This document shows, one piece after another, positions 49,261-58,700 of a stretch of 64,000 nt of DNA. Source of the DNA: Longimicrobiales bacterium (GTDB lineage Bacteria; Gemmatimonadota; Gemmatimonadetes; Longimicrobiales; Gaopeijiaceae); assembly GCA_041690395.1 (NCBI GenBank), contig JAWLHJ010000004.1:128001-192000 (forward strand), given 5' to 3'. The notes beneath the pieces were generated by a model, which saw only the letters and a program-made list of their open reading frames with translations, was not told where the DNA came from and made no database searches. The translations under genes were made by a program, and so were the position numbers. The number at the start of each line of letters is the position of its first letter. Within the stretch, counting starts at the first letter, position 1.

Positions 49261-50400
49261 ATGAAGGCACCGCAGCGCCCGAAGGTCCCTCACATCGCCG
49301 GTCTCGCGGCCGCACGTCGCGTCATCGGCCGGGTGGTCGGACCCGTCCGAAAGCCACCCGGGTCCCCACCCGGGACGCTCGTCCACACCGGCACCCGCAA
49401 AGTCGAACAGGTCCACGTCTCGCACATGGCCTACGACGCCGAGGAGCTCCACGAGTCGTCCGGAGCCAGCCTCAGCGAGGTCCTGGCCGCGCTGCCCGCG
49501 ACCCCGAACGCCTCCCGCGTCGACTGGATCAATGTCGACGGGCTCCACGAGCCAGGTCTGCTCGAGTCCCTCGACACCCGCTTCGGCATCCACCGACTGG
49601 TCCTCGAGGACGTGCTGAGCACGCACCAGCGGCCGAAGACGGAAGATCACGGGGCCTACTTCTTCGTCGTCCTCCGGATGTTGTCGTTCGACGAGAATAC
49701 GGGGTCGGTGGAGGCCGAGCAGGTCAGCCTCATCGTCACCGACCGCCTCCTGATCTCGTTCCAGGAACGGTCGGGCGACGTCTTCGAGCCCGTCCGGGAG
49801 AGGCTCCGACAGGCGAAGGGCCGCATTCGTAGTCGGGGGGTGGACTACCTGGCGTACGCGCTGATCGACGCCGTCGTCGACGGCTATTTCGAGGTGCTCG
49901 AGAAGATCGGCGACCGGATCGAGGAGCTCGAGACCCTCGCCCTGACGGACGCCTCGACCGACACCGTACACGCCATCCACACACTCAGACGCGAAGCGCT
50001 GGTCCTGCGTCGTGCGGTATGGCCGCTCCGCGACGCCCTCGGCCCGATGTATCGCGGAGACGTCTCACAGGTGCGCGAAGAGACCAGGGTCTTCCTCCGC
50101 GATGTGCACGACCACGCCGTGCAGGTCATCGACACGGTGGAGTCGTTGAGGGAGCTGCTCTCCGCAGCGATGGATCTTCATCTCTCGAACGTCAGCAACC
50201 GGATGAACGAGGTCATGAAGGTCCTGACCATCATCGCGACGATCTTCATTCCCCTGTCCTTCTTCGCGGGCGTCTACGGCATGAACTTCGAACACATGCC
50301 CGAGCTCGCCCTCCCGTGGGCGTACCCGGCCCTCCTCGCATTCATGGCCTCGCTGGCCCTGGGGATGCTGGGTTTCTTCAAGCACAAGGGTTGGTTCTAG
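49261..50400 (+). CDS. corA: Magnesium/cobalt transporter CorA
   Basis: PPGTL, QRPK.E, MNEVMKVLT, YGMNF..MPEL. Confidence 0.95.
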   Translation: MKAPQRPKVPHIAGLAAARRVIGRVVGPVRKPPGSPPGTLVHTGTRKVEQVHVSHMAYDAEELHESSGASLSEVLAALPATPNASRVDWINVDGLHEPGLLESLDTRFGIHRLVLEDVLSTHQRPKTEDHGAYFFVVLRMLSFDENTGSVEAEQVSLIVTDRLLISFQERSGDVFEPVRERLRQAKGRIRSRGVDYLAYALIDAVVDGYFEVLEKIGDRIEELETLALTDASTDTVHAIHTLRREALVLRRAVWPLRDALGPMYRGDVSQVREETRVFLRDVHDHAVQVIDTVESLRELLSAAMDLHLSNVSNRMNEVMKVLTIIATIFIPLSFFAGVYGMNFEHMPELALPWAYPALLAFMASLALGMLGFFKHKGWF

Positions 50401-50403
50401 CGG

Positions 50404-51267
50404 ATGCCCACGACGGTCAAGAAGCTGATCGAGCTCCTCGATCTCGAAGTGATCGAGCACAACATCTACCGCGGCACGAACCGCGACATCGGAACGGGGA
50501 GGATCTTCGGGGGGCAGGTGCTCGCCCAGGCGCTGGTCGCGTCGCGGCGGACCGTCGACGGCGACCGGCCGTGCCACTCCATGCACGGCTACTTCATCCT
50601 GGAAGGCGACCTCGCGGCACCGGTCGTGTACTTCGTCGACCGGCTCCGGGACGGCCGGAGCTACTGCACCCGCAGAGTCACGGCGATCCAGCACGGTGAG
50701 GCGATCTTCAACATGTCCTGCTCGTTCCACCGACCGGAGACGGGGCTGGAGCACCAGATGTCCATGAGGGATACCGTCGGCCCGGAAAGCCTGCGTGACG
50801 AGCTCGACGTTCTCCGCGAGCACGCGGAGCAGATCCCGAAGCGGGTCCGAGGCGTGCTGACTCAGGACCGGGTCCTCGACATCCGTCCGGTCGAGGCGGA
50901 GGACCCCTTCCAGCCCGAGCGGCGCGCCCCACGCCAGCGATACTGGATGCGCACGGTCAACGACCTTCCCGACGACCCGCTCCTGCACCAGGCGATCCTG
51001 GCGTATGCCTCGGACTACGGCCTCCTGGGCGCGGCCCTGCGGCCGCACGGCGTCACCTTCCGGGATCCGGAGGTGATGGTGGCGAGCCTCGACCATGCGA
51101 TCTGGTTCCACCGGCCGTTCCGCTTCGACGAATGGCTGCTCTACGTCGTGGAGAGTCCCTCGTCGGGGGCGGGCCGGGGATTCTCACGCGGCACGTTCTT
51201 CACGCGCGACGGCACGCTGGTCGCTTCGGTGGCTCAGGAGGGCGTCTTGCGGGTCCGGCGGGACTGA
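50404..51267 (+). CDS. tesB: Acyl-CoA thioesterase II
   Basis: IFGGQVLAQAL, LRDGRSY, AYASD, ASLDHAIWFH, VAQEG. Confidence 0.94.
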   Translation: MPTTVKKLIELLDLEVIEHNIYRGTNRDIGTGRIFGGQVLAQALVASRRTVDGDRPCHSMHGYFILEGDLAAPVVYFVDRLRDGRSYCTRRVTAIQHGEAIFNMSCSFHRPETGLEHQMSMRDTVGPESLRDELDVLREHAEQIPKRVRGVLTQDRVLDIRPVEAEDPFQPERRAPRQRYWMRTVNDLPDDPLLHQAILAYASDYGLLGAALRPHGVTFRDPEVMVASLDHAIWFHRPFRFDEWLLYVVESPSSGAGRGFSRGTFFTRDGTLVASVAQEGVLRVRRD

Positions 51268-51295
51268 CCCGCTCGTCGAGAGCCCGGACCACCGC

Positions 51296-51335
51296 CCGGA
51301 AGACCCGCGGGGGGTGACCTCCGCGGGTCTTCCGG
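51296..51335. terminator. Inverted repeat between convergent genes (probable bidirectional terminator)
   Basis: CCGGAAGACCCGCGG-N10-CCGCGGGTCTTCCGG, perfect 15-bp stem. Confidence 0.7.
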
Positions 51336-51342
51336 CGCGCCC

Positions 51343-52191
51343 TCAGAGCCGGATGACCAGTGTGAACGTGACGACGCTGTCGAGCTTCTCGCTCGGCGTG
51401 AGCACGGTCGTGCCGGTCGGCACCCCGCCGGAGGTCTCGAGAGGAACGCTCAGGAGAGCCGGAACGTTGTCCCAGATCAGCTGTAGCGAGGTCTTGAGGG
51501 CGAGCGCGTCGTTGATCGACACCGAGAGGGAGTTACCCCAGTCGAGCCGCACGTCGTCGGGCTCCGAGAAGCTGCTGTTCATCACCATCTGGCTCTGGAA
51601 CCGTGCCGTCTCCGTCAGCTCCTTGGCGGCGTCGACGGAGACCCGCCAGCCGCCGAAGCCTTCGTCCGCGTCGGGTGCCGGCTCCACGTCCTTCTGGATC
51701 GTGTAGGTGAGACCGACGTCGGCCTTGAGGCGGCCGGCGTCGGAGTCGATGAAGCTCCGACCCACACCTCCCACGATCTGGAAGCGGTTCTGGATTCCGG
51801 AGAAGGTGTTCCGGTCCCACCCGCCGCCGACGAACCCGAAGCCGACTCCGAAGGAGCGGTCGTATCGCCCGCGGGCGAAATAGCTCTCCGCGGTCGTCTC
51901 CGAGCGCACGGTCTCGGCGATGGTGAAGTCGCCCTGTGTACCGATGGCCCTGAGCGTGGTCACGTCCGACGAAGCCCTCACGCCGCCCACCTCGAACAGG
52001 AACTCATCCGGGGCGCCCGACCCCTCCAGGGTGCCCTTGAGGCCGAAGGTCTGGGACGACGCGTTGCCGGACGTGGAGACGTAGCTCACCTCGGTCGAGT
52101 TCTGCCAGGTGAACCCCGTGGGCTCCTGCGCCGCGGCGAGCGTGGGGGTGCCGACGAGGGCGAATGCCCAGATCCAGCTGAGGCGGGTCAT
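51343..52191 (-). CDS. DUF481/YdiY-like outer membrane beta-barrel
   Basis: Signal peptide, STSGNASSQT, RNTFSGI..R, amphipathic strands to the C-terminus. Confidence 0.75.
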   Translation of the reverse strand: MTRLSWIWAFALVGTPTLAAAQEPTGFTWQNSTEVSYVSTSGNASSQTFGLKGTLEGSGAPDEFLFEVGGVRASSDVTTLRAIGTQGDFTIAETVRSETTAESYFARGRYDRSFGVGFGFVGGGWDRNTFSGIQNRFQIVGGVGRSFIDSDAGRLKADVGLTYTIQKDVEPAPDADEGFGGWRVSVDAAKELTETARFQSQMVMNSSFSEPDDVRLDWGNSLSVSINDALALKTSLQLIWDNVPALLSVPLETSGGVPTGTTVLTPSEKLDSVVTFTLVIRL

Positions 52192-53729
52192 GACGAGCTC
52201 CTGGAGGGTCGGTGCTTCGGGGGTCGAGCGATGACGATACCGTCGGCGATGCCGATGAGGAACCTGCTCGGGTCCATCTCTGCCGCGGGAGGTGAAGCGC
52301 CCACGGTATCGGAGCGGCGGACCTCCTGGCGCTCCTGGGGGCGCTCGTACCGCTGCCACACACCGATACGGACCGGGACGAAGACGGCCTCCAGCGGACG
52401 GATCGCGTCCCGGTCCGCGAAGAGCGGGACACCCTGGTATGCGCCCACCCTCAGGATCTCGCCACAGGTGATGTCGAAGGGCCCTCCGACCGGAACGAAC
52501 CGGTCACCCTCGAACTGGATGTCGTCGCGCCGCTCGTACCAGAGCGCGCCCGTGGCATACTGACCGGCGAAATCGACGATCGGGCGGAGCTCGGCGATCG
52601 GCGTGCCGCTCGGACCGACCAGCGTGTCGCCGGCCGCGGTGATGCGGACCGGAGCGCCCTGACCGGTCGACAGGCAGACGGTGGCCGGCTCCCCTTCGGG
52701 CTCCGCCGGAGCCCGTGCGTCGATGATGACCGTGTCGGGAGGCGGCGGCGGGATCCGGATCGTGTCCGGCTCGACCCGCTCCATGAGACGGGACCGACAG
52801 CGGAGACCCGGGGCGTCGGGACAGACGGAGAGGGAGACCGAGAAGCCGAGCTTCGGGGAACGATACCCCGATGTGTAGCCACCCGGAGGGCGCGAGTGGT
52901 TCGCCCCCAGGACGTGTACACCCACACTGGCGCCGCTCACATCGGCGCGCATGCCCACGTTGACGTCGAAGCCGTTGTGCTCGGCCATGATCAGGAAGAC
53001 CGCGTCGTCACCCAGCCGCCAGTGCGACGAAGCTCCCGCGAACCAGCCGTTCGAACCGTCCCCGTAGAAGTCCGCCCCGGAGGATCCCCGGAACATGCCC
53101 CCGCCCCACCCGAGCGACAGGACGAGGTCGTTCTCGGGGATCCTCGACGCGTCGAAGCCCCGCAGCTGAGCCGTCGCGACGCCGTAGAGCGAGAGCCGGG
53201 TGCGCATGGGCTTGTCCGAGCCCTCGAAGCGGCGCACGAGGCGCCTGTCCGGAAATCCGAGCCTCCCCGACGCGCGCATCACGCCGTCACCGAAGTCCTG
53301 CCGGGTCAGGTAACGACCGCCGACCGCCACGCCGACGCCCTGGCCACGAGGCTGGAGAAGGTTGAGCCGCCCGAAGATGCCCCACATGTCGCCGCCGGAG
53401 TCCGACGATCCCAGGGACTGGATCGAGACGCCCATCTCCCCGCGGTCGAAGAGGCCCACCGAGAGCGACCCGTCGTCGTGGTAGAAGCGGCCACCCGGCG
53501 CGAAGCCCGCCTCCTCGCCGAAGTCGTCCACGAGGACGCTCCGGTCGACGTTCGTCCAGAAGCCCGAATAGCCCGCCTGGACCCGCATGTGCGGCAGGAC
53601 GGAGGCGACCGGAACGTCCAGTAACCCGCTTCCGTAGCGGAGCGTGTTCCCGAACGTCGGCGCCTGCGCGCTCGCGGCCGCCGCCGCCACGAGCGACAGC
53701 GCGAACAGGCCGACGAGGGTAGGGCGCAT
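52188..53729 (-). CDS. Secreted YjbH-like beta-barrel protein with an extra C-terminal domain
   Basis: Signal peptide, GSGLLDVPVASVL, EHNGFDVNVG.R, Pro-rich PPPPPDT linker, Cys-containing C-terminal domain. Confidence 0.55.
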   Translation of the reverse strand: MRPTLVGLFALSLVAAAAASAQAPTFGNTLRYGSGLLDVPVASVLPHMRVQAGYSGFWTNVDRSVLVDDFGEEAGFAPGGRFYHDDGSLSVGLFDRGEMGVSIQSLGSSDSGGDMWGIFGRLNLLQPRGQGVGVAVGGRYLTRQDFGDGVMRASGRLGFPDRRLVRRFEGSDKPMRTRLSLYGVATAQLRGFDASRIPENDLVLSLGWGGGMFRGSSGADFYGDGSNGWFAGASSHWRLGDDAVFLIMAEHNGFDVNVGMRADVSGASVGVHVLGANHSRPPGGYTSGYRSPKLGFSVSLSVCPDAPGLRCRSRLMERVEPDTIRIPPPPPDTVIIDARAPAEPEGEPATVCLSTGQGAPVRITAAGDTLVGPSGTPIAELRPIVDFAGQYATGALWYERRDDIQFEGDRFVPVGGPFDITCGEILRVGAYQGVPLFADRDAIRPLEAVFVPVRIGVWQRYERPQERQEVRRSDTVGASPPAAEMDPSRFLIGIADGIVIARPPKHRPSRSSS

Positions 53730-53734
53730 GGGTC

Positions 53735-53989
53735 CTACTCCTCCAGGCGGTCCTCGACGTCCCTCAACCGCCTCGAGATCGAGACCACCCAGACGAGGAC
53801 CAGGGCGATGGCGATGGCGTAGGCGATGAACACGTGCCAATAGGGCCGAAGGCTCTGGCGAGCCATGCCGGCGGCGGGCATCGCGGCGTCCTGGGCCCAC
53901 GCGGGGAGGGCGCCGAGCGCCAGGAACGCCAGGGCGCCGAGCTGTCGGAGAAGCGCGTCGGGTCGAAGCATCGGGAATATCCGGATCAT
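53735..53989 (-). CDS. ccmD: CcmD-family heme exporter protein D
   Basis: VFIAYAIAIALVLVWVVSISRRLRDVEDRL; directly follows ccmC. Confidence 0.7.
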   Translation of the reverse strand: MIRIFPMLRPDALLRQLGALAFLALGALPAWAQDAAMPAAGMARQSLRPYWHVFIAYAIAIALVLVWVVSISRRLRDVEDRLEE

Positions 53990-53998
53990 GGGAACGAG

Positions 53999-54703
53999 TC
54001 AGGAGCCGAGGACGGAGGCGCGCCGCGCGCGCTCGTCGAGACCGGACCGCAGCCCTTCGAGGGCGTAGCGGAGCAGGAACAGCCCGAAGAAGAGCAAAGT
54101 GAAGACGGCCAGGCTCGTCAGGAGCAGGGTCAGCATGTCACCTGGCAGCGTGGGGCCTTCGGGCTTCACCACGACCGGCTGCGGGTGGAGCGAGCGGAAC
54201 CACAGCACGCTCAGATGGATGAACGGGATGTCGAGAGCGCCGACGATCGCGACCACGGCGGCGAAGCGCTTCCCCTTCTCCGGGTTGTCGCTGGAGCTCC
54301 TCACCATGAAGTAGCCCAGGAAGATGAACCACATGAGCAGGGTGAGCGTGAGCCGAGGCTCCCAGGTCCAGTACGTCCCCCACGCGATGCGGCCCCAGAG
54401 CGGCCCGGTGGTGAGCATGATGGTGGCGAAGACCATGCCGCCCTCCGCGGCCGCGACGGCGGCTCGGTCGAGCCGCTCGTCCCTCAGCCACAGGTACATG
54501 CCGCTCGTCAGGGCACACAGGCCGAAGGCCAGGAACGACGTCCACGCCGCCGGCACGTGTACGTAGAAGATCCGCTGAGCGACGCCCTGGCTGACCTCCG
54601 TGGACACCCAGAAGAAGGACAGCCAGTAGACGAAGGCCATCCCGAGCAGGCCCAACACCGTGAGCGCGGTTCCGGCGCGTCTCATACCGGATATCGACAT
54701 CAA
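53999..54703 (-). CDS. ccmC: Heme exporter CcmC
   Basis: IFYVHVP.AW, WGRIAWGTYWTWEPRLT (WWD-type motif), WFRSLHP. Confidence 0.93.
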   Translation of the reverse strand: MMSISGMRRAGTALTVLGLLGMAFVYWLSFFWVSTEVSQGVAQRIFYVHVPAAWTSFLAFGLCALTSGMYLWLRDERLDRAAVAAAEGGMVFATIMLTTGPLWGRIAWGTYWTWEPRLTLTLLMWFIFLGYFMVRSSSDNPEKGKRFAAVVAIVGALDIPFIHLSVLWFRSLHPQPVVVKPEGPTLPGDMLTLLLTSLAVFTLLFFGLFLLRYALEGLRSGLDERARRASVLGS

Positions 54704-55380
54704 TCCTCCACGACGAAGCGAAAGAGCACGGCGCCGGCGGCCAGCGTGGCCAGCGCGAATGCCGCGAGCATCCTCAGGTTGCCGGCCACTTCCACGAGCG
54801 GCCGGTCGGCCAACAGCCGCGCCGTGGCGCCGACTCCGTAGATGACCATGGGAACTAGTAGCGGAAAGATAAGGATGGGCAACAGCGTCTCGCCCATGCG
54901 CGTGCCCGCGGTGACCGCCGAGAACAGGGTGCCGAGCGCCACGAAGCCCAGCGACCCGAGGCCGAAGGCCGTCAGGAGGGCCAGCGGGTGCGATCCGAGA
55001 TCGAGCCCGAAGAAGAGCGTGAAGACGCCGAGCACGAGCAAGGCAACCGCGAACAGCAGTATGAAGTTGGCCAGCACCTTCCCGAAGAACACGGCGTCTT
55101 TCGGGGTCGGAGAGAGGAGCACGCCCTGGAAGGCGTCGTCCTGCGCCTCTAGGTGGAAGGTGCGGCCGATCCCGAGGAGTCCTCCGAAGACGAGGGTCAC
55201 CCAGATCAGGCCCGCCGCGATGTCCTGCATGCGGACGAGGGAGGTGTCGACGGAGTAGTTGAACAGGACCCCGGCGAGCACCGCGAACGCCCCCATCGAC
55301 GAGACCCGCTCACGCGTACGGAGCTCGAGGAGCGCGTCCTTCCACATGACCACGTACACCTGCCTCAGATAGGCCGTCAC
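54700..55380 (-). CDS. ccmB: Heme exporter CcmB
   Basis: WKDALLELR, GKVLAN, LLPILIFPLLVP. Confidence 0.92.
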   Translation of the reverse strand: MTAYLRQVYVVMWKDALLELRTRERVSSMGAFAVLAGVLFNYSVDTSLVRMQDIAAGLIWVTLVFGGLLGIGRTFHLEAQDDAFQGVLLSPTPKDAVFFGKVLANFILLFAVALLVLGVFTLFFGLDLGSHPLALLTAFGLGSLGFVALGTLFSAVTAGTRMGETLLPILIFPLLVPMVIYGVGATARLLADRPLVEVAGNLRMLAAFALATLAAGAVLFRFVVED

Positions 55381-56150
55381 GAGCGCTCCTCGACGACGCG
55401 ATGGTACAGGTGCTCGAAGTCCGCGCCGGCGTCCGCGCGCGTCCCTTCCCAGGCGAACCGTCCCCCCACCTGGACCGCCACGCGGGTCGCGAGCTCGAGC
55501 CCCTCGTGGAGATTGTGGGTGACCATCACGACCGTGCGCTCGCCGTCGCGTAGCTCGGTCAGCACTCCCCGGAGGAGCGCGGCGGCCGAAGGATCGAGCC
55601 CGGTGTAGGGCTCGTCCAGGAGCACGAGGCGCGGGTCGTGGAGGAGGGCTCGCGCCAGAGAAAGTCTCTGCCGCATGCCGTGGGACAGCTCGCGAACACG
55701 TGCGCGCGCCTTACCCGCGAGTCCGACCTGCCGGAGGCGCTCCGGAACCCGGTCTTCGAGGTCCGGGAGGTCGTAGAGGGTCCCGTAGAAGCGGAGGTTC
55801 TCCTCGGCGGTCAGCTGCGCGTACAGGAAGCCGCGATGAGACAGGACTCCGACGTGCCGGCGCCACGACCCTCCGTCCGCCGCGAGGTCCACGCCGCCCA
55901 CGCGCACCGTGCCACGGGTGGGCCGAAGGGCCCCGGAGAGCATGCCGAGCAGCGACGACTTCCCCGCCCCGTTCGGCCCGAAGACCGAGAGGAACTCACC
56001 GGCGGCGAGTTCGAGGTCGATGCCCGCGACCGCGACGACCGGCCCGTACTCGCGAAACAGACCGCGGGCGTCGAGTACGGGGGCGTCGGCCGCCGGAGCG
56101 GAGCCCTCGGATGGGTGGGACTCCGCCACGGGACTGGTAGGGCGCGGCAC
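55377..56150 (-). CDS. ccmA: Heme export ATPase CcmA
   Basis: GPNGAGKS, LTAEENL, LSHGMRQR, LLDEPYTGLD; ccm context. Confidence 0.88.
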   Translation of the reverse strand: MPRPTSPVAESHPSEGSAPAADAPVLDARGLFREYGPVVAVAGIDLELAAGEFLSVFGPNGAGKSSLLGMLSGALRPTRGTVRVGGVDLAADGGSWRRHVGVLSHRGFLYAQLTAEENLRFYGTLYDLPDLEDRVPERLRQVGLAGKARARVRELSHGMRQRLSLARALLHDPRLVLLDEPYTGLDPSAAALLRGVLTELRDGERTVVMVTHNLHEGLELATRVAVQVGGRFAWEGTRADAGADFEHLYHRVVEERS

Positions 56151-56156
56151 CGCTCC

Positions 56157-56606
56157 TCAGCCGACCGCCCGGTCTCCGAGCGCCGCGCCGCACGAAGAGC
56201 AGAAGCGGCTCCCGTCTTCGTTCGTGTAGCCGCACGAAGAGCAGACGAGACCACTCCGGATGTGACGGCGGATACGGGCGATCTCGGCTTCCAGGTCGTC
56301 TGTGGTCGACGCCGTGGCAACGCCGCCGGACTCGGATCGAGCGGCCTCGTCGGCTTCCAACGCCGCGAGGGCTTCGGCCGTCAGCTCGCTCTTCATCGCC
56401 CGGTAGTCCTCTTCGTCGAGCTTTCCGGCGAGGAAGTCGTACTCCACATCCCGGAGCGCCAGGAGCGCGACGCGCTTCCGTGCTTCGGTGTCCGTCAGCT
56501 CGTCGTCCTCACGCTCCAGCGAGGCATGCATCCCCTTCACCACCGGCTGGACGATGAACATGATCACCGCCGCGCTGACGAGGGCCACGCCCAGAAGCAA
56601 GGTCAC
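56157..56606 (-). CDS. CcmI-N-like membrane protein with C-terminal zinc ribbon
   Basis: N-terminal TM, LRDVEYDFLAGKLDEEDY, CSSCG...FCSSCG. Confidence 0.7.
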   Translation of the reverse strand: MTLLLGVALVSAAVIMFIVQPVVKGMHASLEREDDELTDTEARKRVALLALRDVEYDFLAGKLDEEDYRAMKSELTAEALAALEADEAARSESGGVATASTTDDLEAEIARIRRHIRSGLVCSSCGYTNEDGSRFCSSCGAALGDRAVG

Positions 56607-56624
56607 CGCCCGACTCCCGCCACC

Positions 56625-58700
56625 TCAGCCCGCCGAGCCGGCGGGGGCCGGGGTCGGCCGACTGCCCTCGGACGTGCCGGACGACACCGCGCCGGCCGTC
56701 TTGCGCGGGTCCGCGCTCGGCCACAGGGCGATGACGGTACCGATGACCAGCATCAAGGTCCCGAACCAGATCCAGCCCACCAGCGGCTTGATCAGGACCT
56801 GGAGGTCGATCCCCTGAGCCGACGAGTCGGCGTTCAGGGCCGCCCGGGTATCGTCCACCGCCGACAGGATGAGGTACAGGTCCTCGCGCGCGATCGAGCG
56901 AATGCCGACCTCCGTCATCTGCTGGTCGCTGGTGACGTACTGCCGCTTCTCGGTCGTGAGAACGCCGGCCGGATCGCCGTCCTGGCTCACCGACACCGTC
57001 GCGATCATCTGCCAGAGCAGATTCCTCTGCCCCTGGCCGAGGGAAACCGACAGCCCCTCGTACGTCAGCTCGTACGTGTGTCCGAACGGCGACGCGACCT
57101 GTACGACGTCGCCGGGCATCACGTGGTGTCGGGTATCCACATTGTAGGCGGCGCCGGCGAAGCCCATCACCATGATGACGAAGCCCACGTGGACGATGTA
57201 GCCGCCCCACCGGCGACGGTTCCGCGTGACCAGGTGGAAGAAGGCCAGCAGGTAGCCTTCGCCCTCGATGCGGGCGCGGGCCTTGGTGCCCTTCCAGAAC
57301 TCCGTCGCGATGACCGTGAGCACGAAGGCGCTGATGCCCCAGGTCACGAGCGCGAGGCCGTGGCGCGCGCCCATGGTCCAGATGACCGCGGCGGTGCCGA
57401 GACCGACGAGGACGGGAGTCAGGAAGTTGCGCTGCAGATTCCGCTTCGACGCACGCCTCCACGCGATGACGGGTCCGATCCCCACCAGGGTGAGGAGCGC
57501 GAGACCGATCGGGAAGTTCACCCGCTCGAAGAACGGCGGCCCCACGCTGATCTGCTGACCCGTGACGCCTTCGGTGATGAGCGGGAAGAGTGTGCCCCAC
57601 ATGACGGCGAAGGCCGCGCCGACAAGCAACAGGTTGTTGAACAGGAAGGCCGATTCACGCGAGAGGAACGACTCGATCTGGTTCTCGCTCCGGAGCTGCG
57701 GCAGCCGGTACAGGATGAGCACCGTGCAGAGCGCGAGCATGCCGCCCATGAAGCCCAGGAAGATGTACGCGATCGTCAGGTTCTGGGCGAAGGTGTGCAC
57801 CGACTCGATGAGGCCGGCGCGCGTCAGGAAGGTCGCGAAGATCGTGAGAAGGAACGTCAGGAGGACGAGGGACATGTTCCAGATCTTCAACATGCCCCGC
57901 TTTTCCTGGATCTGGATCGAGTGCAGGAACGCGGTCGCCGTCAGCCAGGGCAGAAGCGACGCGTTCTCCACAGGATCCCAGAACCAGTACCCGCCCCAGC
58001 CCAGCTCCTCGTACGCCCACCGCATGCCGAATACGATGCCCACGGACAGGAAGAGCCAACTCGTCAGGATCCACCTGCGCGTGAGCTGGATCCAGCGCGC
58101 GTCGAGCCGTCCGCTGAGGAGCGCCGACACGGCGAAGGCGAAGGGGACCGTGAACGCCGTGAAGCCGAGATACAGCGTCGGCGGGTGGATCGTCATCCAG
58201 TAGTTCTGGAGCTGCGGATTCAGCCCCTGGCCGTTCGCCGGGATGAAGTCGAGCCGCTCGAACGGATTCACCTCCGCGAACAGCAGGACGACGACGAAGA
58301 AGGCGAGAATCGTCTGGAGCACGCCCGCGACGTAGGGCATGAACTCACGGTTCTTGTTCCGGTTCTGGAACACGGCCACGCTCGAGAACAGCCCGAGCAG
58401 GAGCGCCCAGAAGAGCAGCGAACCACGCTGTCCGGCCCAGAGCCCCGTGATCTTGTAGAAGAGCTCCATCTCGCGGTTCGAATAGCTGGCGACGTACCAG
58501 TACTCGAAGCTGTCGGTCAGGAACGAGACGACGATCCCGATCGACGCCACGAGGTGCAGGAGGAAGACGGCGTAGATGCTCCGCTCCGCGCTGAGCACCA
58601 GATCCCCTCGCTGGGTCCGTCCCCCGGCGAAGCCCAGGAACATCCCCCAAAGTGCGACGGGAAGGGAGATCCAGAGGGCGAACTCCCCCAGTACGATCAC
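56625..58700 (-). CDS. ccmF: Heme lyase CcmF
   Basis: WAGQRGSLLFW, IHPP, WAYEELGWGGYWFWDPVENAS, AFLHS, SVHTFA, HVG, KPLVGWIW. Confidence 0.96.
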   Translation of the reverse strand: MIVLGEFALWISLPVALWGMFLGFAGGRTQRGDLVLSAERSIYAVFLLHLVASIGIVVSFLTDSFEYWYVASYSNREMELFYKITGLWAGQRGSLLFWALLLGLFSSVAVFQNRNKNREFMPYVAGVLQTILAFFVVVLLFAEVNPFERLDFIPANGQGLNPQLQNYWMTIHPPTLYLGFTAFTVPFAFAVSALLSGRLDARWIQLTRRWILTSWLFLSVGIVFGMRWAYEELGWGGYWFWDPVENASLLPWLTATAFLHSIQIQEKRGMLKIWNMSLVLLTFLLTIFATFLTRAGLIESVHTFAQNLTIAYIFLGFMGGMLALCTVLILYRLPQLRSENQIESFLSRESAFLFNNLLLVGAAFAVMWGTLFPLITEGVTGQQISVGPPFFERVNFPIGLALLTLVGIGPVIAWRRASKRNLQRNFLTPVLVGLGTAAVIWTMGARHGLALVTWGISAFVLTVIATEFWKGTKARARIEGEGYLLAFFHLVTRNRRRWGGYIVHVGFVIMVMGFAGAAYNVDTRHHVMPGDVVQVASPFGHTYELTYEGLSVSLGQGQRNLLWQMIATVSVSQDGDPAGVLTTEKRQYVTSDQQMTEVGIRSIAREDLYLILSAVDDTRAALNADSSAQGIDLQVLIKPLVGWIWFGTLMLVIGTVIALWPSADPRKTAGAVSSGTSEGSRPTPAPAGSAG

